Shown here one piece after another: positions 10,469 to 20,338 of a stretch of 64,000 nt of DNA. A model generated the notes under the pieces. The model made no database searches and was not told the origin of the DNA. It saw only the letters and a list, made by a program, of their open reading frames with translations. The DNA comes from a virus (lineage: Duplodnaviria > Caudoviricetes). The stretch lies in IMG/VR virus record IMGVR_UViG_3300028603_000002, positions 32,001-96,000 of that record; one strand, 5' to 3'. The number at the start of each line of letters is the position of its first letter. Position 1 is the first letter of the stretch. The position numbers and the translations under genes were made by a program.

Positions 10469-11279
10469 GGATAAATTATTAATATCCGAAGATTTTTACA
10501 GCATCCAGGGCGAAGGGATAACAAGTGGCTATCCGTCTTATTTTATCCGTGTTGCAAATTGTAATTTGAATTGTGGCGCGACTCCATCCTTAGTAAATAA
10601 GTTTAAGAAGGGAGAAGAAACTGCTACACCTGGAAATTTTATTGGGGATCTACATAGCCAAGGAAAGGCCTCATGGACATGCGACACGATCCCTGTTTGG
10701 GCACGAGGAGAAAATCATGATTTTGATTATCTAATTAATAGGTGGAAAGAACAAGGAATATATGATGATATAGCAAGTGGTCTAATACACCTTATATGGA
10801 CTGGTGGAGAACCAACACTACCACCACACCAAACAAGCATATTTAATTTTTATAAACATTGGATTAAATTGGATCCTTCTATAAAACCATTTATTGAAAT
10901 TGAAACAAATGGTACATTAGAAATTGATAATTCATTATTTAGTTTATTGGATCAAATTAATTGCAGTCCTAAATTAGGTAATAGTGGAATGAGTCCATCA
11001 CAACGCATAGTTCCAAAAGCTATTGAATGTATAAAGGAACATTACAATTATCAATTTAAGTTTGTAATTAGTACTGAGGATGATATTTTTGAAATGTTTA
11101 ATACATTTATTGAACCATTTAGCATACCTTTAAAGAAAGTAGTTTGCATGCCTGGATTAGATGACCAAAATAATTTCCATGAACGAACTAGATTTGTTAT
11201 GGAAATGGCAAAAAAGTATAAGTTTATTGGATTAACTAGACTCCATGTTTCGGCATGGGATCGTACAACTGGCGTTTAA
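10452..11279 (+). CDS. queE: 7-carboxy-7-deazaguanine synthase (radical SAM)
   Basis: SEDFYSIQGEG, FIRVANCNLNC...WTCDT, TGGEP, IETNGT, CSPKL, RLHV. Confidence 0.9.
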   Translation: MMKFHKDKLLISEDFYSIQGEGITSGYPSYFIRVANCNLNCGATPSLVNKFKKGEETATPGNFIGDLHSQGKASWTCDTIPVWARGENHDFDYLINRWKEQGIYDDIASGLIHLIWTGGEPTLPPHQTSIFNFYKHWIKLDPSIKPFIEIETNGTLEIDNSLFSLLDQINCSPKLGNSGMSPSQRIVPKAIECIKEHYNYQFKFVISTEDDIFEMFNTFIEPFSIPLKKVVCMPGLDDQNNFHERTRFVMEMAKKYKFIGLTRLHVSAWDRTTGV

Positions 11280-11500
11280 TGGTTATCTTATCATGGATTG
11301 CCACTATACTAATCCTCGCAGGTTGTATTGCAAATGCTAGAAAACATCATGTTTTGGCGGTAGTATTATGGACACTTGGTGATATATCATGGATAATTTT
11401 TGATATTTACATTGCTAATTATAGTCACATTGTATTAAGTTCAGCAATAATATTCATAAATTTATATGCTATAAAGAATTTGAAGAACGATACAAACTAG
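11279..11500 (+). CDS. Small 3-TM membrane protein (PnuC/SemiSWEET-like half transporter), paralog 1
   Basis: Three hydrophobic segments; likely start at ATG 11279 overlapping the queE stop; near-identical to the next ORF. Confidence 0.6.
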   Translation: MVILSWIATILILAGCIANARKHHVLAVVLWTLGDISWIIFDIYIANYSHIVLSSAIIFINLYAIKNLKNDTN

Positions 11501-11506
11501 TATTTT

Positions 11507-11749
11507 ATGACTTTATCTACTTTAATGATAATATTTTCTTGGGCTGCAACTGCTCTTGTTTTAATTGCTTTTATAGTTAATGCCCGCAAATATCATAGAC
11601 TTGCAGTGTGGTTGTGGATAATTGGAGATATATTATGGATAATTTTTGATATTTACATTGCTAATTTTAGCCATTTGGTATTAAGTTCTGTAATAATTTT
11701 TATAAATTTATATGCAATATACAACTTAAAAAAAAATGGCCCGAGTTAA
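11507..11749 (+). CDS. Small 3-TM membrane protein, paralog 2
   Basis: Shares SW.AT...NARK.H.LAV.LW..GDI.WIIFDIYIAN.SH.VLSS.IIFINLYAI with the previous ORF. Confidence 0.6.
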   Translation: MTLSTLMIIFSWAATALVLIAFIVNARKYHRLAVWLWIIGDILWIIFDIYIANFSHLVLSSVIIFINLYAIYNLKKNGPS

Positions 11750-12206
11750 TGTCGGTATTGATCCCAAATATTTAGCAGACCAACACTTGATTGCAGAATC
11801 AGTGGAAATAATAATGATTACAGGTGGATTGAAGAAAAATAATTTTAAAATTAAAAGTGCGATACCTCCCTTCTTTAAAATGGGGAAAGGACATATAAAC
11901 TTTTTTAAAAATAAAATTGTTTATTTGAAGAGAAGGTTAGATGAAGTAAATAAAGAAATGGATAATAGAGGGTTTAAAAATAGTACTAATATTGATTTGG
12001 ATGAATATCCTGAAGATTTATTAAATGATTGGGAACCTTCTAAAATTGATTCAGAAATTATTAGAAGGCGAGTTGTTGAAAGATTAATTACTAGAATAAA
12101 GGGTAAACCTGGTTCTAAATTTTATAGATATAATCGAGTATTAATAGGAGATAAAATAGATATCTTCGCAAATGAATTAAATAATTCTAAGTTGTATTTC
12201 GTATGA
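11736..12206 (+). CDS. denV: Pyrimidine-dimer DNA glycosylase (T4 endonuclease V family)
   Basis: MARVN...LADQHLIAE..E, MGKGHINFF.NK..YL..R, EM..RGF. Confidence 0.85.
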   Translation: MARVNVGIDPKYLADQHLIAESVEIIMITGGLKKNNFKIKSAIPPFFKMGKGHINFFKNKIVYLKRRLDEVNKEMDNRGFKNSTNIDLDEYPEDLLNDWEPSKIDSEIIRRRVVERLITRIKGKPGSKFYRYNRVLIGDKIDIFANELNNSKLYFV

Positions 12207-12823
12207 TGTTAAAAACAGCAAATTCAAATATAATTCTTGATGATCAAGAACGCAATAAAATGATATTAGATGCGGCAGAAGCATATGGTAATTTTTTAGA
12301 TGCCTTAAAAATAGATTGGAGAAACGACCCTAATTCAGCAGACACTCCATTAAGAGTAGCTAAATCATATGTTAATGATTTAATTGCGGGTTGTTATACA
12401 AACCCACCAAAAATTACAAGATTTCCAAATGATCAACATTATAATGGTATAGTATTTTGCGGTGATATAGATGTAAAATCTTTGTGCAGTCATCATAACC
12501 TCCCATTTTTTGGTAAGGCTTATGTTGCATACATCCCAGATGAAAATGGAACAGTAATTGGTTTAAGTAAATTGAACCGAGTAGTAGAATGGTATGCAAG
12601 AAGACCACAAATACAAGAACAATTAACAACTCAAATACATGATCAATTGAATGATGTCATTTCGGATAATGCAGGTATTGCAGTCATGATTAAAGCAAAG
12701 CATATGTGTTCATGTTTACGGGGGGTGAAACATGACAGTTATATGGTTACTAGTAAATTGAGCGGGGCATTTTATAATGATGCATCTGCCAAAGGTGAAT
12801 TTTTTGAATTTATTAAATCTTAA
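12203..12823 (+). CDS. folE: GTP cyclohydrolase I
   Basis: DTPLRVAK, SLCSHH..PF.G, GLSKLNR, RRPQIQEQLT, HMCSCLRGV. Confidence 0.95.
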   Translation: MMLKTANSNIILDDQERNKMILDAAEAYGNFLDALKIDWRNDPNSADTPLRVAKSYVNDLIAGCYTNPPKITRFPNDQHYNGIVFCGDIDVKSLCSHHNLPFFGKAYVAYIPDENGTVIGLSKLNRVVEWYARRPQIQEQLTTQIHDQLNDVISDNAGIAVMIKAKHMCSCLRGVKHDSYMVTSKLSGAFYNDASAKGEFFEFIKS

Positions 12824-12826
12824 ACA

Positions 12827-13489
12827 ATGAATAATAAATCAAATAAAATTTCTGTGATATTGTTTACAGGTGGGATGGATTCAACAGTTGTTGCACACCA
12901 ATCTAAAGAAAAGGGTAATGATGTTTATTGTTTAACATTGTCGCAGGGTGGTTTAAATTCAATTGAAGTTGAGAAATCAAAACAACTATGTAGCCATCTG
13001 GGGGTAAAAAGTATAATATATGATATGTCTTCATATTCAGACTTAGTTGATAAACAAGTCACTAATTCATGTGGGTATAGTGAGGGAAATGAAGATGATA
13101 TTGTTAATAATTTTATTCCTAATCGCAATGCAATATTTATACTTTTAGGACATTCTCTATGCCAGAATATAATGAGAAGGAAGTCTGTAGATAAGGGTGA
13201 GGTATTGTTAGGTATGTTAAGCAGCGACCCGGATTATCCTGATTCAAGGCTAGAATTTTTTCAGGGAATGACACGTGTATTAAATATGGGGTCTTTAGAA
13301 GGCACTATTGAAGTAGGTGTTCCTTTATGGGATTACTCAAAATATGAAGTCTATAAGTATTTAAAAGAAAATAAAATACCAATTGAAATGACGTGGAGTT
13401 GTAATGAAAATGAACCTATTCCATGTGGTAAATGTTATGGGTGTACACAAAGAAAAAGACTTAATAAACAATATAATATTCAAATATGA
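12827..13489 (+). CDS. queC: QueC-family ATP pyrophosphatase, paralog 1
   Basis: LFTGGMDS PP-loop, IPNRNAIF, YPDSRLEF, TWSC..PCGKCYGC zinc site. Confidence 0.85.
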   Translation: MNNKSNKISVILFTGGMDSTVVAHQSKEKGNDVYCLTLSQGGLNSIEVEKSKQLCSHLGVKSIIYDMSSYSDLVDKQVTNSCGYSEGNEDDIVNNFIPNRNAIFILLGHSLCQNIMRRKSVDKGEVLLGMLSSDPDYPDSRLEFFQGMTRVLNMGSLEGTIEVGVPLWDYSKYEVYKYLKENKIPIEMTWSCNENEPIPCGKCYGCTQRKRLNKQYNIQI

Positions 13490-14148
13490 AAAAGTGCATT
13501 TTATTAGCTTCAGGTGGTTTAGATACTCAAATATCTATGGCAATGTTAAATGAAGATGGATATGACATACTACCTATCTATTTTGATTATGGGCAACAAA
13601 CATCAAAAAAAGAAATTCCTGCATTAAAAAAATATTCCAACAGCATATTAGGTAAAGACCCAGAAATAAGGAAATTGGATAATTATACGAGTGTATTGGA
13701 GAATATGTGGGCATTGTCTGGTGATGTTTCAGAGACATATAATGATAAAGAAAAAATATTCATCCCAGGTAGAAATATCATGTTTTTGTTATTTTCAGCT
13801 GTGATTGGATATTATGATAATCGTTATGAATTAGTATTATCATTGCATAAATCAGATACAATTTCTGGAGATTGTAAAATTGATTTTACAGAAGCATTTC
13901 AACATGCTTTAACATTAGGTATGAGCACACCCAAATATCCAGTAGAATATAAAATCATCGCCCCTTTAAAAGATATGGAGAAATGGGAGGCAATACAGGT
14001 TGGTGCTTCATTAGGTATTGATTTTTCTGAGTCGTGGAGTTGTGATGATAGCAAAGAAGAACATTGCGGAGTATGTCAACAATGTACTGAACGCAAAAAA
14101 ATGTTTAATAAAGCGAATATTACAGATCCTACAATTTATTTACAATGA
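13486..14148 (+). CDS. queC: QueC-family ATP pyrophosphatase, paralog 2
   Basis: ASGGLDT, FDYGQ, IPGRNIMF, DC..DF, SWSC..HCGVCQQCTERK. Confidence 0.85.
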   Translation: MKKCILLASGGLDTQISMAMLNEDGYDILPIYFDYGQQTSKKEIPALKKYSNSILGKDPEIRKLDNYTSVLENMWALSGDVSETYNDKEKIFIPGRNIMFLLFSAVIGYYDNRYELVLSLHKSDTISGDCKIDFTEAFQHALTLGMSTPKYPVEYKIIAPLKDMEKWEAIQVGASLGIDFSESWSCDDSKEEHCGVCQQCTERKKMFNKANITDPTIYLQ

Positions 14149-15113
14149 ATTTAAAGGATAAGTTAGATGAATTTACTTATTTAAATAAGACCGTTAAAAA
14201 TTCTGAAGTTTTTAAGTTGGGTGTTACTGAGTATAATTTATACGCAAAATTTGAATTTCAATTATTTGGTGGTAGTATTAAGGCCCGAGCTGCATATGAA
14301 ATATTGGAAGATGGTATTAATAGGGGTGTAATAAATGAAAATACAACTATAATAGAATCATCTTCTGGTAATTTTGCAATTGCAATGTCGATGTTTTGTA
14401 AAAAATTAGGTTTGAAATTTATTGCGGTTGTTGATATATTAACTAATCCTAATGCTATTAAATTTTTGAAGTTTTTTGCTCATGAGGTTGTTGTTATTAA
14501 CGAAAGAGATGATAGGGGAGGTTTTTTATTAAATCGACTTAAATATATCAAAGAGTATACATCAAACAATAAAAATATATATTGGACAAATCAATATGAA
14601 AATGAATGCAATTATCTTGCACATTACAAATATACCGCGGAAGAAATAATAGAACAAGTACCTAATTTAGATATCATATTCATTGGGGCAGGAACTTGCG
14701 GGACGTTATCAGGGGTATCAAGAAAATTAAAAGAATACAATCCTAAAATCAAGGTTGTTGCAGTTGATGTTGAGGGTTCTTCAATATTTGGGTTGATACC
14801 TAAAACTCGTTTTATCCCAGGTATGGCTTCAAGTATAAAACCACCTTTATTGAATAGAGCTTTGTATGATGAGATAATGATTATAAGCGAGGAAGAAATA
14901 ATTTATTCTTGTTATAGCTTACTTGAAAAACATATGATATTTGGTGGTGGGTCTTGTGGTGCAGTTTTTGCTGCAATTGAAAGATCATTTATATCATCGC
15001 GAATCCCATTAAATTCAAATGTATTATTTTTATGTCCTGACGGTGGTCGGTTTTATATTGATACTATTTATAACAAAGAGTGGGTAAAAGAAACATATAA
15101 TATAGAAATATGA
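14145..15113 (+). CDS. sbnA: SbnA-like PLP enzyme (ACEGA synthase, cysteine synthase fold)
   Basis: GGSIKARAA PLP lysine, ESSSGNFAIA, SbnA-type D.RGGFLLNRL loop, YWTNQYEN..N..AH, GAGTCGT; paired with sbnB. Confidence 0.85.
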   Translation: MNLKDKLDEFTYLNKTVKNSEVFKLGVTEYNLYAKFEFQLFGGSIKARAAYEILEDGINRGVINENTTIIESSSGNFAIAMSMFCKKLGLKFIAVVDILTNPNAIKFLKFFAHEVVVINERDDRGGFLLNRLKYIKEYTSNNKNIYWTNQYENECNYLAHYKYTAEEIIEQVPNLDIIFIGAGTCGTLSGVSRKLKEYNPKIKVVAVDVEGSSIFGLIPKTRFIPGMASSIKPPLLNRALYDEIMIISEEEIIYSCYSLLEKHMIFGGGSCGAVFAAIERSFISSRIPLNSNVLFLCPDGGRFYIDTIYNKEWVKETYNIEI

Positions 15114-15985
15114 AAGTTATTACAGAATTACCAGAATATAGTTGGAGTGAATTGATAGATATAATTGGAATGGTAGTTGCAGAAAATGATTTCTGTCAAC
15201 CGATTAAACCATATTTATCATTTCCAGATCCAAGCGCAAGAATTATTGCAATGCCTGCCGCAGTTGGTGGTTCGATAAGAAAAGCAGGTATAAAGTGGAT
15301 ATCTAGTTTCCCAGAAAATCATAATAAGGGATTACCACGAGCTCATTCCGTTTTAATTTTAAATGATTATGACACTGGTGTTCCATTGATTACATTTAAT
15401 ACAGCGGAATTAAGTGCTTTGCGTACCGCCGCTGTAACGGGTTATTTTTTACACCAGTATATGATGTTTAATGAAGATTTAAACTCCCTGGGTATTATTG
15501 GTTATGGTCCTATTGGGCAATGTCATGAAAGTATGATACAGACTATTTTTCCATTTGTGAAAATAATGATTTGTGATCAAAAACATATTACAAATTCAAA
15601 ATGGGAAACATATACAAACTATAAAAATATGATTGGGAATGTTGATGGTATTATTACATGTACTGCAGGATCTGATTCTAATCATTATATTGAAGAAATA
15701 ACTGATAATATAAAAGTATTTTTAAATATATCATTGAGAGATATGAAAATATCAAAATCAAATTTTGAGTATTTTGATAGGTGGGTAGTTGATTCGTGGG
15801 ATGAAGTTAATCGACATGGTACTGATTTTTCTTTATTTGAAAAGAATTACAAATTTAACAATGAACAATGGTCTACACTCTTTGACATGGATGAAACATT
15901 TTTGAAAGGTAAAATATGTTTTAATCCAATGGGTATGGCATGTTTTGACATTGCAATTGCATCATATTTTTTAAATAAATTATAG
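15110..15985 (+). CDS. sbnB: SbnB-like NAD-dependent 2,3-diaminopropionate-forming dehydrogenase (ornithine cyclodeaminase fold)
   Basis: QPIKPYL.FPD..ARIIAMPA.VGG...AGIKWISSFPEN...GLPRAHSVLILND, SALRTAA, GYGPIG, NPMGMACFDIA. Confidence 0.87.
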   Translation: MKVITELPEYSWSELIDIIGMVVAENDFCQPIKPYLSFPDPSARIIAMPAAVGGSIRKAGIKWISSFPENHNKGLPRAHSVLILNDYDTGVPLITFNTAELSALRTAAVTGYFLHQYMMFNEDLNSLGIIGYGPIGQCHESMIQTIFPFVKIMICDQKHITNSKWETYTNYKNMIGNVDGIITCTAGSDSNHYIEEITDNIKVFLNISLRDMKISKSNFEYFDRWVVDSWDEVNRHGTDFSLFEKNYKFNNEQWSTLFDMDETFLKGKICFNPMGMACFDIAIASYFLNKL

Positions 15986-15990
15986 CAATA

Positions 15991-17166
15991 ATGGATAAAA
16001 AATTTATATATATACCATCTTTAAGTGCAGGTGGATATAAACAATATTTAATAGAAGATAAAATATTAGTGCACTCGGGAATCAACTCAAGATTTTATTC
16101 AGATGATTTTCCTGAAAATTTTAGATACAAAAATTTTCTATTAACTGCCGGACACTTGTATAAAAAGAAAAATATACGAGAAGAAATGGGTTTAGAAGAT
16201 TCATTTGTATTTGGTGATTCAGGTGGTTTCCAGTTTGCCTCTGGTGCAAAGGTCTTTGATAAAACTATAAGGCATGAATTATTTACTTTTTTGGAAGGAA
16301 ATTGTGATATTGCAGCAAATTTAGATATTCCGCCTAAAATGACTTTAGCTTCAAAATTTGATGAATGTCTAGAATTATCAATTGATAATTTTAAATATTT
16401 CTATGATAATCAAAGTGGCAAAGTTAAATACTTAAATATCTTGCATGGAACAACACCGGAACAATTTATCCATTGGTATGATGGTATAAAGGATTTTGAA
16501 TTTTCTGGATGGGCAACTGGTACTGCATTTAAACTTGTTAATTGGATGTATACATTACATACATTGATATCTAACAGAGAATTTGAAAAAATAAGCTGTG
16601 AATATTTTCATATTTTTGGTGTTTCATCACCCTTTGATTTTTTAATAGCAGCAAAGATTCAGGAATGTATTAACAAGTATCATGATGGTAGAGTAACAAT
16701 TACAGTAGATTCAAGTTCACCTGGGTTAGGTGCTGTGTATGGATACTATTATCATCATGTTGATTATAATAAACAATCATTTAAGAAAATGAGGTTTTTT
16801 AAAGGGAACGATATTGTGTACCCAGATGCACCATTACCATGTACAATTGGTTGTCCTGCATGCAAGAATTCCAGCATTAAACATTTTAATACATATGATA
16901 CAATGATGACAAATCATGTTGTATTACACAATACACTTATTTTTGCCAAAGCCGCCGCAGATGCAAATGATTTAATAAAAGTACCAAGTGAGGTATTAGA
17001 AGTGTTAGTTGGTAGAAACATAATAAAAATATTGAAAAGTATTGAATTAATGTTTGTAGAAAATAGTTTGCATGTATATAATAAGTTTAAACAATTATAT
17101 TTGAAGTATGGTGGTGACCATGAAAGTGAGCAAGAAGTAAAACATAATTTTTTTAATTTTAATTGA
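15991..17166 (+). CDS. dpdA: TGT/DpdA-family guanine transglycosylase (probably inserts 7-deazaguanine into DNA)
   Basis: FGDSGGFQ, NLDIPP, HIFGVS, VDSSS, C..GCPAC...HN zinc site; lies between the que genes and PolB. Confidence 0.8.
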   Translation: MDKKFIYIPSLSAGGYKQYLIEDKILVHSGINSRFYSDDFPENFRYKNFLLTAGHLYKKKNIREEMGLEDSFVFGDSGGFQFASGAKVFDKTIRHELFTFLEGNCDIAANLDIPPKMTLASKFDECLELSIDNFKYFYDNQSGKVKYLNILHGTTPEQFIHWYDGIKDFEFSGWATGTAFKLVNWMYTLHTLISNREFEKISCEYFHIFGVSSPFDFLIAAKIQECINKYHDGRVTITVDSSSPGLGAVYGYYYHHVDYNKQSFKKMRFFKGNDIVYPDAPLPCTIGCPACKNSSIKHFNTYDTMMTNHVVLHNTLIFAKAAADANDLIKVPSEVLEVLVGRNIIKILKSIELMFVENSLHVYNKFKQLYLKYGGDHESEQEVKHNFFNFN

Positions 17167-19640
17167 TGTACCAGAATATATACTACGATAAAGACGAAAA
17201 GATAATGCATCTGTGGGATGATGAGTTGGGGTATAAGAAATTCCCATGGAAGAATTATGCGTTTAAATTAAATCATAATGGTGAATATAAAACATTATTT
17301 GGAGACAAAGTTACCAAAGTTAGAAAATATCATTATAATGATAGTAATATATTTCAATCTGATGTAGATCCTGAGACGGCATATATAGTCGAAAATTATT
17401 TAGACTCTGATGAAATTTCAATAAATCATAGAATATTATGGTATGATATTGAAGTAGAAAAAACAGATTCCTTTAGTACAGCACAAGAAGCAAGAAATAA
17501 AATAATATCAGTTACGCTATGGTGTAATACAGATTCGAAGTTTATAACATTAATTCTTGGAAATAAATTTGATGTTAAATCAGCCAGAGAAAATTTTGAA
17601 TTACATTTCTTTGACAATGAAGAAGATTTATTAGAAGCATTTGTTGATTTGTGGGTATCATATAACCCAACTATCATAAGTGGATGGAACATTGATTATT
17701 TTGATACACCATATACAATTAATAGAATCAAAAAAATACTAGGTGATTATGATGCTAATAGATTATCTCCTATTAAACAGATAAAAATGGAATCCGATGG
17801 TCGGTATAGTATAAAAGGAATTACTAATTTAGATTATTTGTTTCTTTATAAAAGATTCACTCAGAATGAATTACCTAAATATTCACTCGATTATGTAGCA
17901 AAAGAAGAATTGGGAAGAGGCAAGATTGAATATGAAGGATCATTACAGCAATTATATGAAAATAATCCTGAATTATTTATAGAATACAATATTATTGATG
18001 TCGATCTACCAATTGCATTAGATAATAAATTACAATTAATTGAATTAGTTTTAACTATATGCCACGAGTGTCATGTCCCATACAACGCAATATGGCATAC
18101 AAGTCACTATTTAGATGGTGCTGCTATAACATTCTTAAATAGAAAAAATATAGTAGTACCAAATAAGAAATATAATACAGGTGATGGTACCCAAGCTCAA
18201 GGTGCATATGTAAAAGATCCACAGGTTGGTTATTATAAATGGGTATATGATTTAGATTTAAAAGCACTATATCCATCCACAATGCGTTCATTGAATATCT
18301 CCCCAGAGACTAAAGTGGGAAAAATATATAATTGGGACGAGGCGACATTTTTAAAGGATGTCGATATAACATATGATGTAGAGATACAAAATAACAGAGG
18401 AAATATTGATAAAGAAAATCTAAAAACTTTCTTTGAAGAAAATCAAATTTCAATTGCTAGCAATGGTGTATTATATAGTACTAAAAATGTTGGTTTTGTT
18501 CCTGAGATACTTGAATACTGGGATAATGAACGTACTGTATTCAAGGATAAGATGAAAGAGTATAAAAGGAAAGGCGATGACGAAAAAGGAAAATATTATT
18601 ATCTTCGTCAATGGTCAAAAAAGATTATCAGCAATTCATTTTACGGTGTATTGTTGTTAGAAACTTTCAGATTTTATGATAAAGATAATGGCGAAGCAAT
18701 AACATTGACTGGGCAATCGGTTATTAAATTTACAACTAAAGTAGCAAATAGTGTTTATAATAAAGAACTTGGAACTGTAGGGAAAGATTATTGTATTTAT
18801 ACTGACACAGATAGTGTATTTTACACTTCATTGCCGTTTATTGAGAGAGACGGTATTGACCCAGATAATGATGATGAATCAATAAAGAAAACATTAGAAG
18901 TAGCTGATTTGGCACAATCTACAATAAATGCAGCATATGATGAATATGCAAGAAGATTACATAATATTGATAAACATTGTTTTATTATTAAACAAGAAGT
19001 TGTTGCAAGAAGAGCATTATTTGTAGCTAAGAAAAGATACACTCAATGGATGGTATATGAAGAAGGTGTGTCTGTTAATAAAATGGATGTTAAAGGATTA
19101 GATACTGTAAGATCAGATTTCCCGCAATCTTTTAGGACTATTGTAGAGAAGTTATTTGAAATGGTTTTACATGATAAAGAACAAGATGAAGTAGAAAAAT
19201 TAATAGTTGATTTTAAAAAGAAGAATGTAGAGAATGAGTTATATTCACGCATGCGCCCAACTGGTGTAAAAAATATAACTAAATACAAATTTGATAATAG
19301 AGACATATTCCATTTTATGAAAGGAACACCGGTTCATGTAAAAGCAGCATTATCATATAATGATTTCTTAGAATATAAGAATGTAAGGGGATATAAGTCA
19401 ATAACAGATGGTGATAAGATAGTATATGCTTATTTAAGAGATAACCCGTTAAAACTATCCGCAATAGCATTACCAGTGGATGATGTGCCGAAAGAAGTAG
19501 AAGATTTTGTGTATAATTATATTGATGATGCACAAATTTTTGACAGTTTATTAAAAGATAAAATACAAAAAATATTTACTGCCCGCGGATGGGGGCAAAT
19601 AATTTTAAACAATACAATAAAACAATTCTTTGAATTATGA
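17163..19640 (+). CDS. Family B DNA polymerase (T4 gp43-like)
   Basis: YDIEV and GWNIDYFD exonuclease motifs; DLKALYPS, KIISNSFYG, YTDTDS, KKRY. Confidence 0.96.
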   Translation: MMYQNIYYDKDEKIMHLWDDELGYKKFPWKNYAFKLNHNGEYKTLFGDKVTKVRKYHYNDSNIFQSDVDPETAYIVENYLDSDEISINHRILWYDIEVEKTDSFSTAQEARNKIISVTLWCNTDSKFITLILGNKFDVKSARENFELHFFDNEEDLLEAFVDLWVSYNPTIISGWNIDYFDTPYTINRIKKILGDYDANRLSPIKQIKMESDGRYSIKGITNLDYLFLYKRFTQNELPKYSLDYVAKEELGRGKIEYEGSLQQLYENNPELFIEYNIIDVDLPIALDNKLQLIELVLTICHECHVPYNAIWHTSHYLDGAAITFLNRKNIVVPNKKYNTGDGTQAQGAYVKDPQVGYYKWVYDLDLKALYPSTMRSLNISPETKVGKIYNWDEATFLKDVDITYDVEIQNNRGNIDKENLKTFFEENQISIASNGVLYSTKNVGFVPEILEYWDNERTVFKDKMKEYKRKGDDEKGKYYYLRQWSKKIISNSFYGVLLLETFRFYDKDNGEAITLTGQSVIKFTTKVANSVYNKELGTVGKDYCIYTDTDSVFYTSLPFIERDGIDPDNDDESIKKTLEVADLAQSTINAAYDEYARRLHNIDKHCFIIKQEVVARRALFVAKKRYTQWMVYEEGVSVNKMDVKGLDTVRSDFPQSFRTIVEKLFEMVLHDKEQDEVEKLIVDFKKKNVENELYSRMRPTGVKNITKYKFDNRDIFHFMKGTPVHVKAALSYNDFLEYKNVRGYKSITDGDKIVYAYLRDNPLKLSAIALPVDDVPKEVEDFVYNYIDDAQIFDSLLKDKIQKIFTARGWGQIILNNTIKQFFEL

Positions 19641-20338
19641 AAAAAGTAGATTTATTAAACATGATTAAGAAGTATCATTTAAATGGTACTTGTGAAAGTT
19701 GTATATTCGATTGTACAGTGGATAATTATGCCACGGTCACCGTAGCCCCCGAAGAGAAAAATATGGTTGCAATAGTTACTTGTACTTTACCTGAATTACC
19801 AAATTCAAAATTGGGTATTTATGAGACAAGCAAATTGCTGAAATTAATATCAATTCTTGATGATGAAATTAAAATATCAATTGATGATTCAGTTTTTCAA
19901 TTGTCAGATGGTAAAATAGAATCTAATTTTATTTTAAGTGATTTAGAAATTATACCTAAACCACCAGCTATCAAGGAAATTCCTGAAATGGATATTGAAA
20001 TAGAGTTAACACCAGAATTCAGAACTAATTTCTTAAAGGCATGCAATGCTCTAACAGATAATGTTAATTTTGGTATTGTTGTAGAAGATGGGAAGATAAA
20101 TGTTATACTGAACTATTCATTACACAATGTAACTAACATTAAAATACCGGCAGCTGGTACAATTCATAATGAAATTGAACCTATTAAGTTCTATATTAAT
20201 TACTTGAAAGAAATATTACTAGCAAACTCAGAATATGAAACTAGCAAGTTTTTAATATCCGGTGCTGGATTAGCAAAAATAGCATTTACAGGAAAAGATT
20301 ATGAAGCACAATATTACTTAGTTAAATTACAAGACTAA
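19637..20338 (+). CDS. Sliding clamp (gp45-like)
   Basis: Position between PolB and clamp loader; LGIYETSKLL, C-terminal YYLV; size. Confidence 0.75.
   Translation: MKKVDLLNMIKKYHLNGTCESCIFDCTVDNYATVTVAPEEKNMVAIVTCTLPELPNSKLGIYETSKLLKLISILDDEIKISIDDSVFQLSDGKIESNFILSDLEIIPKPPAIKEIPEMDIEIELTPEFRTNFLKACNALTDNVNFGIVVEDGKINVILNYSLHNVTNIKIPAAGTIHNEIEPIKFYINYLKEILLANSEYETSKFLISGAGLAKIAFTGKDYEAQYYLVKLQD

Noticed and set aside
14145-15985. Plain cysteine synthase plus ornithine cyclodeaminase, or a staphyloferrin B siderophore cluster
   Set aside because: SbnA/SbnB-specific segments and their pairing favour Dap synthesis, and no NIS synthetase or transporter genes are present in the window.
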